A stretch of DNA of 64,000 bases, taken from positions 310,001 to 374,000 of the forward strand of contig JBEWZL010000101.1 of NCBI GenBank assembly GCA_045837725.1, written 5' to 3'. The position numbers and the translations under genes are program-made. Below the pieces are notes generated by a model. The model made no database searches. It was not told the origin of the DNA and saw only the letters and a program-made list of their open reading frames with translations. Below, in pieces: positions 52,001 to 64,000 of this stretch (within the stretch, counting starts at the first letter, position 1; each line of letters begins with the position of its first letter). The DNA is from Vermamoeba vermiformis. Its lineage: Eukaryota.

Positions 52001-53209
52001 GACAAAAATTCTCCGTGCTGTCGTGTCCGGCGAGAGATTTGGCTTGGATTTCTTTTTATCGACTACTGAAGCGATCAAATTCGCTCGAACAATTGGTATG
52101 TACCTAGAATATTTTATTAAGTTTATTCTAAGCATTATTTCCTTTTTAGGAAGTTTTCCTTCACTCTTGCCGATCGGTTTGAAAAAATATTTCGATCCAA
52201 AAGTGTTTTGTTACGTTAGAAAAGAAGATTCTCGAGTGCTTACGAAGGCTAGAGATAAAGAAGACAAAAATGCGCAAAAGAACGAAATTTCGATCAAAAC
52301 GAAAAACGACGAGTGGATCTTGTACGATAATGAAGCAATTTTGGAAGTATCTGGCGCTCAGGTAAGAATATCATACTATTCTACTATATATACCTAAAAT
52401 AATAATATCATGTCGTGAATAATGCTTCTAATGTTCCGCGAACGGCAAAGGAGGAAATTGCCTAAAAAGGAAATCAACTAATGTTTAATTTTAGAAACAA
52501 CTAGAAGTATTTAAGAAGCAATATATGCCCGACCCTCTATTTGGCGGCGCAGAGGACCCTAATATGGCGTTCATTCTCGAAGCACCGCCAGTAAAAAAGA
52601 TGCGCCACATCTACGGTAAACGAGAAAGATCTGATCGGGCTTTGAAACAATACTAACACTAAATTATATGTAGGGGTTAATGTCAATACTGAGAAGCTAT
52701 ATTTCTATCGTTTAAACAAAGACAAACGTCGGCTAGATCTCGATAAAAAACTCGACGGACAATTAGATCAGTTCCCAGGCTATCATTTCACTAAGGTAAT
52801 GCTTAATAGCGCTATTAACGTACATTATTATTCATATTTACTCATAGGGCACCGGTTTTGAAACGTCTAATACACCACAAGCGAATTTAGAAAAGTTTAC
52901 TGGATTTGCTGGCACTAGATCTGGCGATGGAACCGTTGCTTATGATTCGTTGAACTATTGCTTGAAGTGGCGTGATAAGCTTGACTTAGAAGTGATGGGT
53001 AAGCTATGTTTTCTCTTTTTATTCAGATCTCGTTACAAAATTTTATCAATTTTATTGTTGATCCAGAAAAATGAGCGATTAAGGCTTACTATTGATTACG
53101 ATATTAATATATGACTATGATAGAGCTCGAAAAAGCCGAACATCGCGATATTGTATGCACTAAGATGTTTTTCAAGCTCTTAGTCGAGTACGCAGGCGAA
53201 AATAAGTAA
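49062..53209 (+). CDS. Tandem C2 domains fused to an LCAT/PDAT-family acyltransferase
   Basis: C2: DLDGTSDPY..WDYD..DDLIG. LCAT: PIVLIPGL, PYDWR, CHSMG, APFLG, GDGTV, EHRDI. Confidence 0.85.
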
Positions 53210-53898
53210 AGTCTGGAAATATGAATTGTAAATGCTATTTTAAGAATCGTTATCGATTAAACTTGTAATTTAATACCTATTTTGTACTATCTTTTTTTTT
53301 ACCGTCCAATAAAAGAAGTTTTGTTAAGGATCTCGTCTGAATTTTAGTCTGTAATCAACCTTTTTGGCTTGTTTCCTATTGAATTGATCTAAAATAAGAC
53401 CAAATGGCAATGCACATTCACACGTGTAGGAATATTGGCAGTATAAACATCACGCGAGCACATCTGCGAAGGAATATTTCAATTTCGAATATTTGCCAGC
53501 ACAAATCGTAGTAAAAATAGCCCGAAATACTTTGCCGGCTTACAAATACTCTAAATTTCCAAAAGAAACATGGAACGATAAATTTAAGCCAAAAATCTTT
53601 CCGGTTTTCAAATCCGAACTGAAAAGTTGTTAAACTCGGAAAGGACGAGATAAAAATCGATTGTGATCAGACGTAATAATAGAATTTATAATTTGCCTAA
53701 AAAGCAATTCAGCAACGATATAAAATAATGGAATTGCCGATAGATCTTGCTATTTTTCTCTGTATTGATCTTTGTCACTTTAAATATACTTTTCCTTAAT
53801 ATTTCAGCGATTATATACATGAAAATAAGGTGATTAGCATTGCAATAAAGATAAGCTTTATAGGTCCGGATCTAAATTTAGGCTCCTATTTCGCCGAT

Positions 53899-55898
53899 TT
53901 AGTCCCAATTCAATTCTATTAATAAATCAGGTCTTAAACTACGCAGTTTGTTGATAGCTTCGATTGATATCTTCGAATAACCCCGCAAATTAACCTTTTG
54001 TAGCGAGGTGAAATGACTTTGCAAAAATTCTACTGACCGATCCGTTAACTGATTGCATTGCTTCATATTGAGCTCATAGAGATAGGGTAAGCTAGATAAG
54101 GCCTATAATACTATCAGTACATGAGATTATGAAGGGGTACCGCGCGTTAAGTAATTGGATCCGCAGCAAAAAATCCCGCGGGCAAAGGCTTGACAGCGGA
54201 AAAACTTTTACCTGTGCTGATTCGTCGGTCAATCTCGCGCAATCTCGTACATTTATGCTTTGCAATCTTGTTAATCTCGTCAAACTCGTAATCCCCGCTG
54301 TGGTTCAACAAATTAACGCTGGAAATTTACTAAGATAATAATAAAAAATATTGCATTTTGCACATCGATCGTTCAACTAGATTTCTTATTAATATCATGC
54401 CTATACTTACCATCACTAAGCGCTGCTTCGCTAAAATCAAGTTGTTTCAGTGAAAAACAGGATTGTGTTAGGGCACACATTGACGCGTCTGTTACGCTTC
54501 TACAACCTCCGCAAAGAAGCACCTCAATATTCGTGCATACAGTAGCCAAGACCCTTACACTAATGTTAGTATCATATGACCTTTAAGTGCAAGTGATATG
54601 TCGTACTTGAGTGCTTGATCCGTCACTTTGGGGCAGTTAGAAATGTCCAAGTGTTTCAACGCAGTACACCTTGGGAATAAGTAGCACAGTCCTATATTAC
54701 AAGTCCTATTAGAATACGATATTTTATAGTCCTTCTGAAGTATTCATCCGAAGAGAGATCTTTTGACACGTGTCAATAAATTTCCTTTTTTAGGAAAAAT
54801 GTACCCACATCTGTAACGCTGGCGCAAGCATAGAGCATTAAGTTTTCCAAATTTGGCAATGACTCTGCGATCCTGGCGAGGCTTTGGTTGGTAACTTTGT
54901 GACATTTGCTGAGGTCGATAGTGGTCATCGATGGACACTTTGACACGAGCAGTGCTTTGACACTCTCATCGCTTAACTTAGTGTTGCCGCGCAGGTAAAT
55001 ACTTATTAATTGATTTCGTGCTATTAGCGGTGACAGATTGGCCATGCCTAGTGATAAAAGTACCCGTGAGACACGTACTCTTGTCAGATCCAGTTCACAA
55101 TTGCTTTGAAAGTAGAAAGGCTGTTATGTTATTGTATAGTAACATACCTCGAGTACTCAATAATGGCACGTTTTTCAAGCTCAAATATTGCAATGAAGTT
55201 GAGTTCTGGAGGTGACAAAGTGACGCATCCGAAACTCGTTTGCAACCATCGAGAATAAGCACGTTAAGACTATCAATAGTACCTGTATAATATATATTAA
55301 TATGATAATATACTATAATATTGATAAACTTACCTAGCACTTGCATCACGGGGTCATTGACAGCTTTAGAGTTAGAGATCTGCACGTATTGCAGCGCCGT
55401 TAAATGACTCAAACATGTTGATAATGCGAGTGACGAAGATATTATTCTATATTATATTAATAGGTTAGTTCAGTGAATGCTAACGAGATCTTGAACAAGC
55501 AAAGAAAAATCATCGATTAAAAATTTACTTCTCTTATCATAATAAGGCAACTAATATTATTGCAAAAATTACTAATAATTATAGCAAGAAAAAATAATAG
55601 CTAAATAATAACCAGAGTTTCGTCGGTATGAAAAACAAAAGACAATTTGGAAGTATTAATTTAGATCCGCCTGTATTAGGCTCAACACTTACTTAGATGA
55701 TCTATTATCCAATATTAGTGCAGAAATAGTGCTTCCTTGATTTTGTAACGCGCTGCAAAGAGTTTCTTCGTCGACATCCAATTCAATATTTGCTAGATTA
55801 ACAGTAGGCGCACTCATATCGATATATTCTCGTATACTATTGTTATTCAATGAATAAGGCTCGCCTACGCCACTTGAAGGTGCTTCGTGGTGTTCCAT
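53899..55898 (-). CDS. Cysteine-containing LRR protein (AMN1/FBXL-type repeats)
   Basis: Repeated LxxLxLxxCxxVTD units (IDLSKCHKVTN, LMLYACASVTD, NVRDCARLTD). Confidence 0.8.
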
Positions 55899-56260
55899 CT
55901 TGAAATATTTTTACAGTTTTCTTGAACTTAGCACCACAGCTCATGTTGGGAACCAAAACAAATGTAATCATAGTTGCTTTATTATTGGCGATTATTTATG
56001 CGTGGATTTTTCCAAACAGCCAAAGCGCAAACGGTACGGCTAGATCGATCCAAATTTATTTTAGTTTAGCATTATTTAATTTAAATTTAAAATACGTCAT
56101 AATTACGGAAGCCTACGTAGCTCCGTTTTGGCTCCGCTTCGGCTCCGTTGGCAAACTTGCCTTTTTTAACCAAGAGCGTTTGGTCACGCGACAACTAAAA
56201 CTACTTAAAGTCAGTTTGCTGCTTTATTCTAATTCAAATAATACATAAGTAGACCATACT

Positions 56261-57226
56261 ATGCGAAGCATGACTCAGAAGTTCTTCAAGTGGACGTTTG
56301 AAGAGGAAATTGAAAAGCTTTCGCCGATCGCGCAACAGATCGTCGCTGGAGCGAAGAGCAACGAAGAAAAGGCTATTAGAATATTTAACTTTGTTCGCGA
56401 CGAAATTAAATTCGGATTTACTGAGGAATTTGACCAAGGTAAGCGTTACCAACAAAATCAAAAGTTTACGAAACTGAAATTGTCTACGGATGCTTTGCAA
56501 CTCTACAAGACCATAATCTTAGGAAATTTACTTTACGGATATAAATTAATTTTTATCTTCGGAGAAAGTTCTTGCATTTAACGGATTTAGATCCTTTCCC
56601 AACCTGCACCTTACTGACGCTTTTGTACTATAGCATCACCTTCTTATACTCTGCAAACGAAACAAGGCCACTGTAACCCCCAAGCATCACTATTTAAGAC
56701 CCTTATGAATGCCGTTGGAATACCTACACGCCTGCGGCTGATCCCAATCTACCTCGATCCACTCGTGTTTTTCTGGCCCAATCACCTGTTCCAATCGAGG
56801 ACTTCTAAATGGTTCACAGGTACTCATACATATTGCGAAGTCAAATTGCACGACAAATGGATTCCTGTGGATGGATACATCGTGGATAAACCGCTCGTTG
56901 CAGCTGCGAGAAAAGATCTGATCAAAAAAAACGTTACGATTGGCAATTATATTCACGTTGATGCCCAAAGTGACTGGGATGGTAAATCGAAGTGCATGTC
57001 GCAATACGTGGATGATAGCATCAAGTTGCCAAACGGATTTGACGAAGTTGTGGATTCAACAGAAGAGCTCGAACAATTCTATCAGTCTTGGCGATATGAA
57101 CAACGCGACGTAGCATTTTCAAAGGGCGCTAAATGGTTTTTCAGTCATACTTTCCTTCCTTTGATTAACAACCGGATCAAGCGGTTTAGAAAGGCAGGGT
57201 TAACCGAAACAAATGGAAATAACTAA
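56261..57226 (+). CDS. Transglutaminase-like superfamily protein (one intron)
   Basis: IFNFVRDEIKFG, GHCNPQASLF..L..VGIP.R, THTYCEV, WIPVDG give a Cys-His-Asp triad. Confidence 0.82.
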
Positions 57227-58091
57227 TACTCCTATTTTGTACATATGTATTTATAAATAAAGATGTATCTAGATTCAGTTTAGCGGCCAAAAATAATATC
57301 TATTCAGGAGCGGAAGAACTGAAAATGAATTGCAGCAACTGTGAACCTTAGTATTGCTCAAATTCCATTAGCCATATTGAAATATTATGAATTAAATTAG
57401 GGTTAGTCAGAACTATGGTCATCCGATGCAGATCTTTGTCCGGACTGAGTCGGATTGCAGTAACGAAGTTCATTTAGTGTCAATACAAGCTTGCAATTCT
57501 ACAGGATAAATTCGTCTGAGCACAATTTCAACCGCAATATTCAATTTGAAGCTATTTCTGAACCACCAGAACAAAAAGTGACTGATTCTAAATTAGGTAA
57601 AAAAAAGTGTTCTGGTCACGCTTTGGATCCTTGCAATCTTAAGTTCAAAAATAACTTTCCTATTGAAATCATAATATCTGATTGATTTATGTTCATATCT
57701 TAGTGCTTATCTCGGACATTTGGAAACTGAAAACACAGAAATTCGACACATTTTCATGTACTAAATTGTTGCGTTAGCTTTCGCCGTCTTGAATCAAATC
57801 TTTTTCACTTAGGATTGCGTTTCGCTAAACAACACAATAGCGGATGATTGCCTCGGGGCAAACAGTTCAGTGAATTAAACTTGAGGATTGCGCATCCGGA
57901 TTCATTCCCACGCCTTTAAATTCTTAACTCTATAAAAATATTTTTTATATACAAGTACTGCTACAGCTTCTATATTACATGAATTATACAAAATTACAAA
58001 AAGCAAGCGTCAGCCTGCACTATGAACAAAATTTAGAGCTTGATCTTGTCGGCAATTCCACTTCTAAAGATAGAACTGCAATACGATCGCT

Positions 58092-59138
58092 CTAATATGA
58101 GTAACCAGTAGGCCAGAAGTGTTGAGCATTAACATCTTCGTGCAAAATGTACGCCGGATAATCGCCAATGTAGAGTTGGTCAATGGATCCGCACATGTCA
58201 CTCAAATTGTCAACAGATGTGCTTGCCGAGAGACTTCGGGGAGTGTCGGCCATCTCACTACCATCGCAGCTAGAGAAGGTCGAGTTAAGATCTCCGTCCA
58301 TCATCTCCAACTCCTCGCTGCTGCAGCTGAAGTTGCAATGAAGGCCGAAAAAATCGGATCCGGTCGAGGCCGGTTCGCTGGTAGAATATTCGCCTGATTG
58401 GCTGGGATTGTAGATGTTCTTAACCATAACAGGAGTATGGCTAATAGGTTGCGGCTCAGGGGCAGTAGTGGCAGTAGATTCGAAGAGAGTTCCGCCATTT
58501 TGGTGGTAGATTTGAAGCCAAGTCAAGACCTTTTCTTCAAGGACGGCCCAACCTTTGGTTCGGGTGGCTCCGTTCATAAACTGAGACATTTTCGTTTGAC
58601 TACGATTGAATTGTAAGTAAAAGAATTTGAGATCCGAAAGTAAAACTTGGAAATTGAATGCTCGAAGAGCAATCATATTTACGAACAATGCCATGCGATA
58701 AGAAAAGGAAATCTAGTTATTTACGTTTTTAAAATGGGCTAATTAGATATCTTAAGGAGATTTCAAAAGATCTGATCCGAAATTAAAAAGAAGCATAGAC
58801 TTTGAAAAGATTCGACGAATTAAGCGTGATTAAATGTGAAATAGAAGATCTTACCTAACTTGAATCTCTTTAGCGATTTGTTTCTGTGACTTCTTGCCAG
58901 ATGCGATGATGTCTTTAAGCGTACGAATAATGTGCACATCCGGAGTCGATTTTGCCGAAGTAAAGACGATCATACTATCAGCATAGGGCACGCTTTGTCG
59001 TCTCTGTCGCTCCTTGGCCACAACGTTGTTGGGCTCCATAGATCCTTGCCAGGTAACCGAGCGCATCCGCTTAACTTGCTTCAAAGCTTGAGCGGAGAAC
59101 ACTTCAGATGCGGATCTCTTGAGTTGTTTCGTTGACAT
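58092..59138 (-). CDS. Lambda-repressor-like/POU-specific-like HTH transcription factor with acidic tail
   Basis: Spliced SQKQIAKEIQVSQTKMSQFMNG..W..LE..V..WL; upstream TTATAAATA at ~59222-59230. Confidence 0.6.
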
Positions 59139-60177
59139 GGCGAAGGTGAAATAATATTTAAGAGTTGTGGTAATTAGTATTAGTCAACGAAATTGAATGG
59201 AACAATGAACCCAACTTTCGCTATTTATAATTTTGCTGCCATGTGCACAACTTTCCTAATCTGCAACAAAAAAGAAAACTCGAATTTTTGACAGGGCAAA
59301 GACGGTTTTAAATCTCGTAATGATGAATTATATACTCGCGGGTTATTTTTGGGTGATCGTAAATTTAGCAGCCCCGTAACTGAAAACTCTCGATCCAGGT
59401 TGCGACTATTTTGAGGGCGGATTGAATGGATACGACTCCATTCAATACTTTACTGCCATATTGTCGGATTAATGCCCGAAGTATCGAATTCCAACACTAA
59501 CCGCAACTTGGAGGCCCAATCCAGCCCGAACAAACTGAAGTCATGCCGCCACCAACGCTGATGCAGCAATCAAGGACAATAAACGAATCAATATTAGTTC
59601 TGTGTCACAGAAACACACAAGTGAGGGATTTTGTCATCGCCAGTGATTGCTAATCGAAACTTCGAGATTTACCAACACACCAGATCAAAGCTCGCGGAGC
59701 GTTTAACGCAGCGCTAATTGGAAATTTGGCGTTATTAGTATATTAGCTATGAAGTTCATATTGTGCGCAGCGTCTCCTCTGTGCAAGAAGCTCAATTACT
59801 TTGTATTCCAAATTAGGCAAAAAAAATTAGTTTTACCCAGATCTAATATATTCACGAACCCTTCAGCTGAATACGAGAGATTAGGAATTTTAAGGGAACA
59901 AAGTGATTCTACCTCTTAATTTTGCGTTCGTTTAGAAATTTGATTTGTTTTAAGCCAATATTAGACCCACAATTATCGGCTTCAAAATTTTAGGGCGGAT
60001 TCAGTCCGCGACATTATCGCCGAGGCAAATATACTATAAAGCAAGGTGTTTGCAAACTACTGGAGATTCCTTATATTCAAATAATTGATCGCAAAGGTTT
60101 ACCGTACTTAGGTGCCGCTAAAATTAACTTTTTATAGGACTTTTCACAGACTTCTTAGGTTTGCAATACAATTATCT

Positions 60178-63100
60178 TAACGCTTCTTTTTCTTCAACTC
60201 CATGAATATTCTGTTCTTCTTAAGCTGAGCGGCCATCTTTGTCTTCTTCTCGTGCATAGATGTGGTCAACTTAGCCTTCACACGCTTACTGTGCTTAATC
60301 ATATGGAACGGCTTGCCCTTAGCGTTCATCTATATATACAAGTCCCGATAAATGTCGGCGTTCAAATTATGCGAAGTAGAATAAAAGAAGGAATTATCTT
60401 TAATCTTTGCAAATTTTCCGTGTGTCCCATGCTAATTTTGAATTACGCCCGCCGATAATCAATTTTAAAGAGGCATATCATCGCAAATAATTATGATATG
60501 CCATAGTACGTAGTATCTTAGTTTCAGTTGTATAAACTAAAACTATTACGCCGATGCGTTTCATGAACGACTTTCTGACGGATCGTTTAAAAAAGGACAC
60601 ACGCCCAAAAAAAATGCCAAACCGAAGCGTCGAATTTCCACAGAAAACATACCGCATTAGTCTTGCTTCCTTTTTCGCTCGCCTTCTTGACCTTAAATCT
60701 ATCTTTGCTATCCCTGTTCTCCTGCAGCGGTAAAAATACCCGGTCAGTCTTAAAGTCGGATGTGATCGATAAAAATCTCGCCTATGGAGCTATAATGTGA
60801 CACTTACTCTTAACAACTCTAAGCGCTCTTCCTTTGTAAGTTTTTGCTTCTTTTTAACGCTTCCTTCGATCGCTTCAATGTCCACGTCGTCATCGCCATC
60901 GTCGTTTTCAATTTCTTCGTGTTTTCGTTTTCTGTTCGGCCGATCAGAATCGTTCGATCGCTTCCATTGCTGAAGCTTTCGCAGCTTAGCCCAATCTTCT
61001 TCAGATAAAATCTAAGATATGACATGTGTCAGTGGGAAACTTTCAGCATTTGTACAAGCGAATTCAATTAGCCGCATTGCTTAAACACTGCACGGAAAAA
61101 CATGTTTATGACATGCGCATCAAATTGATTTCGCGCCAATTTTGAAATAAAAAATTGAATTTGACTGTATTCCAGATAGTCGCGAGATAAAATTGGCTTC
61201 AGTCACTTGTGATTTATCCTACGCAAGAGAATTGAAACGTGAAAAGACATACCTCTCTGGCCTCAAGACGTGATGATACATCAGATCTGGCGGTCGTGCG
61301 TGAAGTTTTGCTGCTACGACTAACTTCGTCCTTAGTGATTGGTTCTAACTTGGGAATTTCATCATCATCTCCATTCTCGTTTTCATTATCACCGTCCTCT
61401 TCACCATCTTCTTCTTCATCGCTCCATTCGATTTCATCGAGATCAATCTCTTCGTCGGATCCAACCTCTTCCAGATCATTCTCATCGATTTCTTCGTCGT
61501 CTTCTTCGTCTTCACCGTTCTCTTCGTCATCTTCGTTATCGTTATCACTCTTTTCGCCGTCTTCTGCGTCGTTTTCTATCTCGCCCGAAACTTCTGATCC
61601 GGAGTTTTCGATGGATCCGCTCTCGTCTTCATCAAAGTCCTCGCTCATATCACTGTCGAATTCCTCATAGCTCATGTTTTCTGCGTTATTTAAGGTTAGA
61701 GTTTTCTATGGAATAGTCTTTATATGACATGGTTAATTACCCATGAAATCTTCATCGTCTCCGTATTTTTCCAAAAGTTCAGTGCCCTCAATAGCCGATT
61801 TAACGTTGACTTCTCCAAATCCTTTCGGTTTAGAGGTCAAATCAGCGTTTTTGCCCTTTCAAATAAAACGGTAATTAATAAAAATTCGTAAGATTGTGAT
61901 CCGGATCGTGACACTTACGCGTTCTTTCTTGGGCAACAGTTCAGGGTTAACGATTCTGAAGAGTGAGATAAGTGAACGAGCCGCCATCATGACTCCCTTA
62001 TTCTTAAAGAATCTATATTTAACCAAATCTTCGAGCAATGTCTCGTTCATGATCAGCGGTGAGCGCACGCATATTTCGCGCACTGTGTTTAAGCTAGAAA
62101 GCAATAATATAAGCTTACATGTACTTTTACATACTTTAATTGTCGGCTACTTACCCAATAGCAATAACTTCTGGCGGTCTTCGATCGGTGATGAACTGAT
62201 CTACGACTGCTTTGAGTGCAGGTTCAATAACCTCTGGCGGAACAAAGTTATGGCACGATTGAGCCAATAGAGCCAAAATTTGTGTAATGTCTACAATATA
62301 ATATGTTAGTTCTATTATATTGATAATATAATGCTAAGACTTACGTTGTTGGTGAGGAGCGATGTAGCGCTGGATCCAAGAATAAAATTGTTCTAAAATA
62401 AGCTTATGGCAGCTAATTAGCTTAGCCAAGAAGCTCATCATCATAATCTTAATCTCGAACTTTTCATTGCTCTTCTTAAGCACGCCAAAGACCTTCTCCA
62501 TGTAACCATGAGGATCGTGGATCAAGTTCATAGCGGCAGCATTGTAGCTCTTAGTATCGTTCAAAGACTCTTCTAGTTCTTTTTTCTTTTCTTTGTTAAG
62601 TTCGGCTAAGGCAGCTTTCAACTTCTTGCTCTTTTTCTTGGTCTTCTTCGAGGCAGTATGACCGAACTTCTTGTAGATCTCGCGACGATTTAATTTCTGC
62701 AGGTAAGTTAGTATAAGGTACCATCAGCCTCTATATATTTAGTACCCACCTCCTCATCTTCATCCTCATACTTCTCTTCTTTAGGAACCAAGAAGAATCT
62801 CATAGTAAGCACCTGCATCTGCGAGTCCTTCGAGAAAATACCAGTGCAGATAACGTTGACTGTCTTAGCATCGCGCCTGTATGACAATAAAATATTAGAT
62901 ACTGCGTAAGCATAACAATAACAGTTGAAGGAAAGAAATAAAAACGAGCTGATCAGTTGATAATTTGGAAACATGTTAATATTCATCCTCTTCCTATCAT
63001 AATAGCATCATTTAAGCTCGAAATTATTTCATTACGAATTTTAAACCGATAAAAAGTTCGTCAACGAGATCACGTACCAGATGCCCTTACGATAGAGCTC

Positions 63101-63968
63101 AATAATTACTTCGAGCGACTTTCTTGCGGCAATGGCAGTCGGATCTTGCAGCATTGTGTACATAAAGTTTTGAAGGCTCTTGTTCGTCTTCTCATCTTTC
63201 TTCTTCAAGTTCATGCGCTTGATGTCATTGACGATATGATTGTGCAGCAATTCGCGCAGTTTCTTATCGGGAATGCGGAATAATTTGAAGAATAGAGGAA
63301 GAAGACTAATAAAAAATATTAGTAAATTAGTTTCAACCGAGATCTGGATCAAGTAATAATTATTCTCGTTATCTAATGATTCTAATGATCGTTATAACGA
63401 GTAAATACATATGAATAATTATGTTCGTGATTATAACAATAAATTTGAAGTTGTTAGGAGAGGCAGATGCGATCCGATCTAAATCACAAAAACGATCTAA
63501 ATCTAATTACCTGGCAGGAGAAAGCAAATTCTTATTTCTCAACGTAATCAATGCCTGCACGATAGTTTTTCTCAATTCAGGCTCGAGGGAAGTGCTGGTT
63601 TGTTCCAACAGTTCGGCGAGCTTGGCTGGGAACTCTTTTAATTCAGCAGGGTATTGAGCGGCCACCTATAATTGAAGATCAATATGAATGCGTCGTCAGA
63701 GAATTTTTTCAATATTTTAGAAGCGAGATCCAAAAACAAATCTTGGATCGGATTTGATTTTAGTAACAAAAATAGAGAAAGGCTGCGCAATGCTGTTACT
63801 TACATTACTCAAGAACTTGATTAAATGAGCAAAAGGTTTGAAATCCTTTGACGGTTTCAACTTGTAGATCTGAATCTGGGACAAGAAGTGTCTGTATTGC
63901 ATCAGGAACTCCTCTTTGTACGCGAGGGCGTCCGATTTACACATAGTCTGCAGCTGTGCTAAATCCAT
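60178..63968 (-). CDS. SDAD1: SDA1 60S ribosome biogenesis factor
   Basis: LAQLQ..K.D...[52 protein letters not shown], acidic tract. Confidence 0.93.
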
Positions 63969-64000
63969 TTTGGCGACAATGTATGAGCTGTGTTATTGTC

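Noticed and set aside
57397-57406. TTAGGGTTAG telomere-like sequence
   Set aside because: Fewer than two units; expected by chance.
61239-61716. Ser-rich and Arg/His-rich plus-strand ORFs
   Set aside because: Antisense shadows of the acidic SDA1 exon; the same applies to most short ORFs opposite real exons.

Overview
Gene-dense, AT-rich nuclear DNA from a eukaryote with many short GT-AG introns (GTAAG/GTACG donors, CTAAC-type branch points). The gene set (Zn2Cys6 factors, TKL kinase, ARPC2, SepSecS, a U12 intron) suggests a free-living protist, possibly an amoebozoan; this is inference. About 29 protein-coding genes were reconstructed by hand-splicing, so exon boundaries are approximate. Recognisable genes: SURF2, GPKOW, FDXR, SUV3, ARPC2, SEPSECS, SDA1, a DENN GEF, an SDR16C dehydrogenase and a C2-C2-LCAT acyltransferase. 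No tRNA, rRNA, CRISPR or intact transposase was seen. Highlights: (1) an intron-containing nuclear gene for a bacterial HU/IHF-type nucleoid protein with an H1-like Lys/Ala tail; (2) a consensus U12 minor-spliceosome intron; (3) strong clustering of GATC in introns; (4) an intronless F-box/ankyrin gene in an accessory-looking island; (5) three apparent pseudoenzymes; (6) two GGGACA...TGTCCC-bounded structured elements beside SEPSECS.
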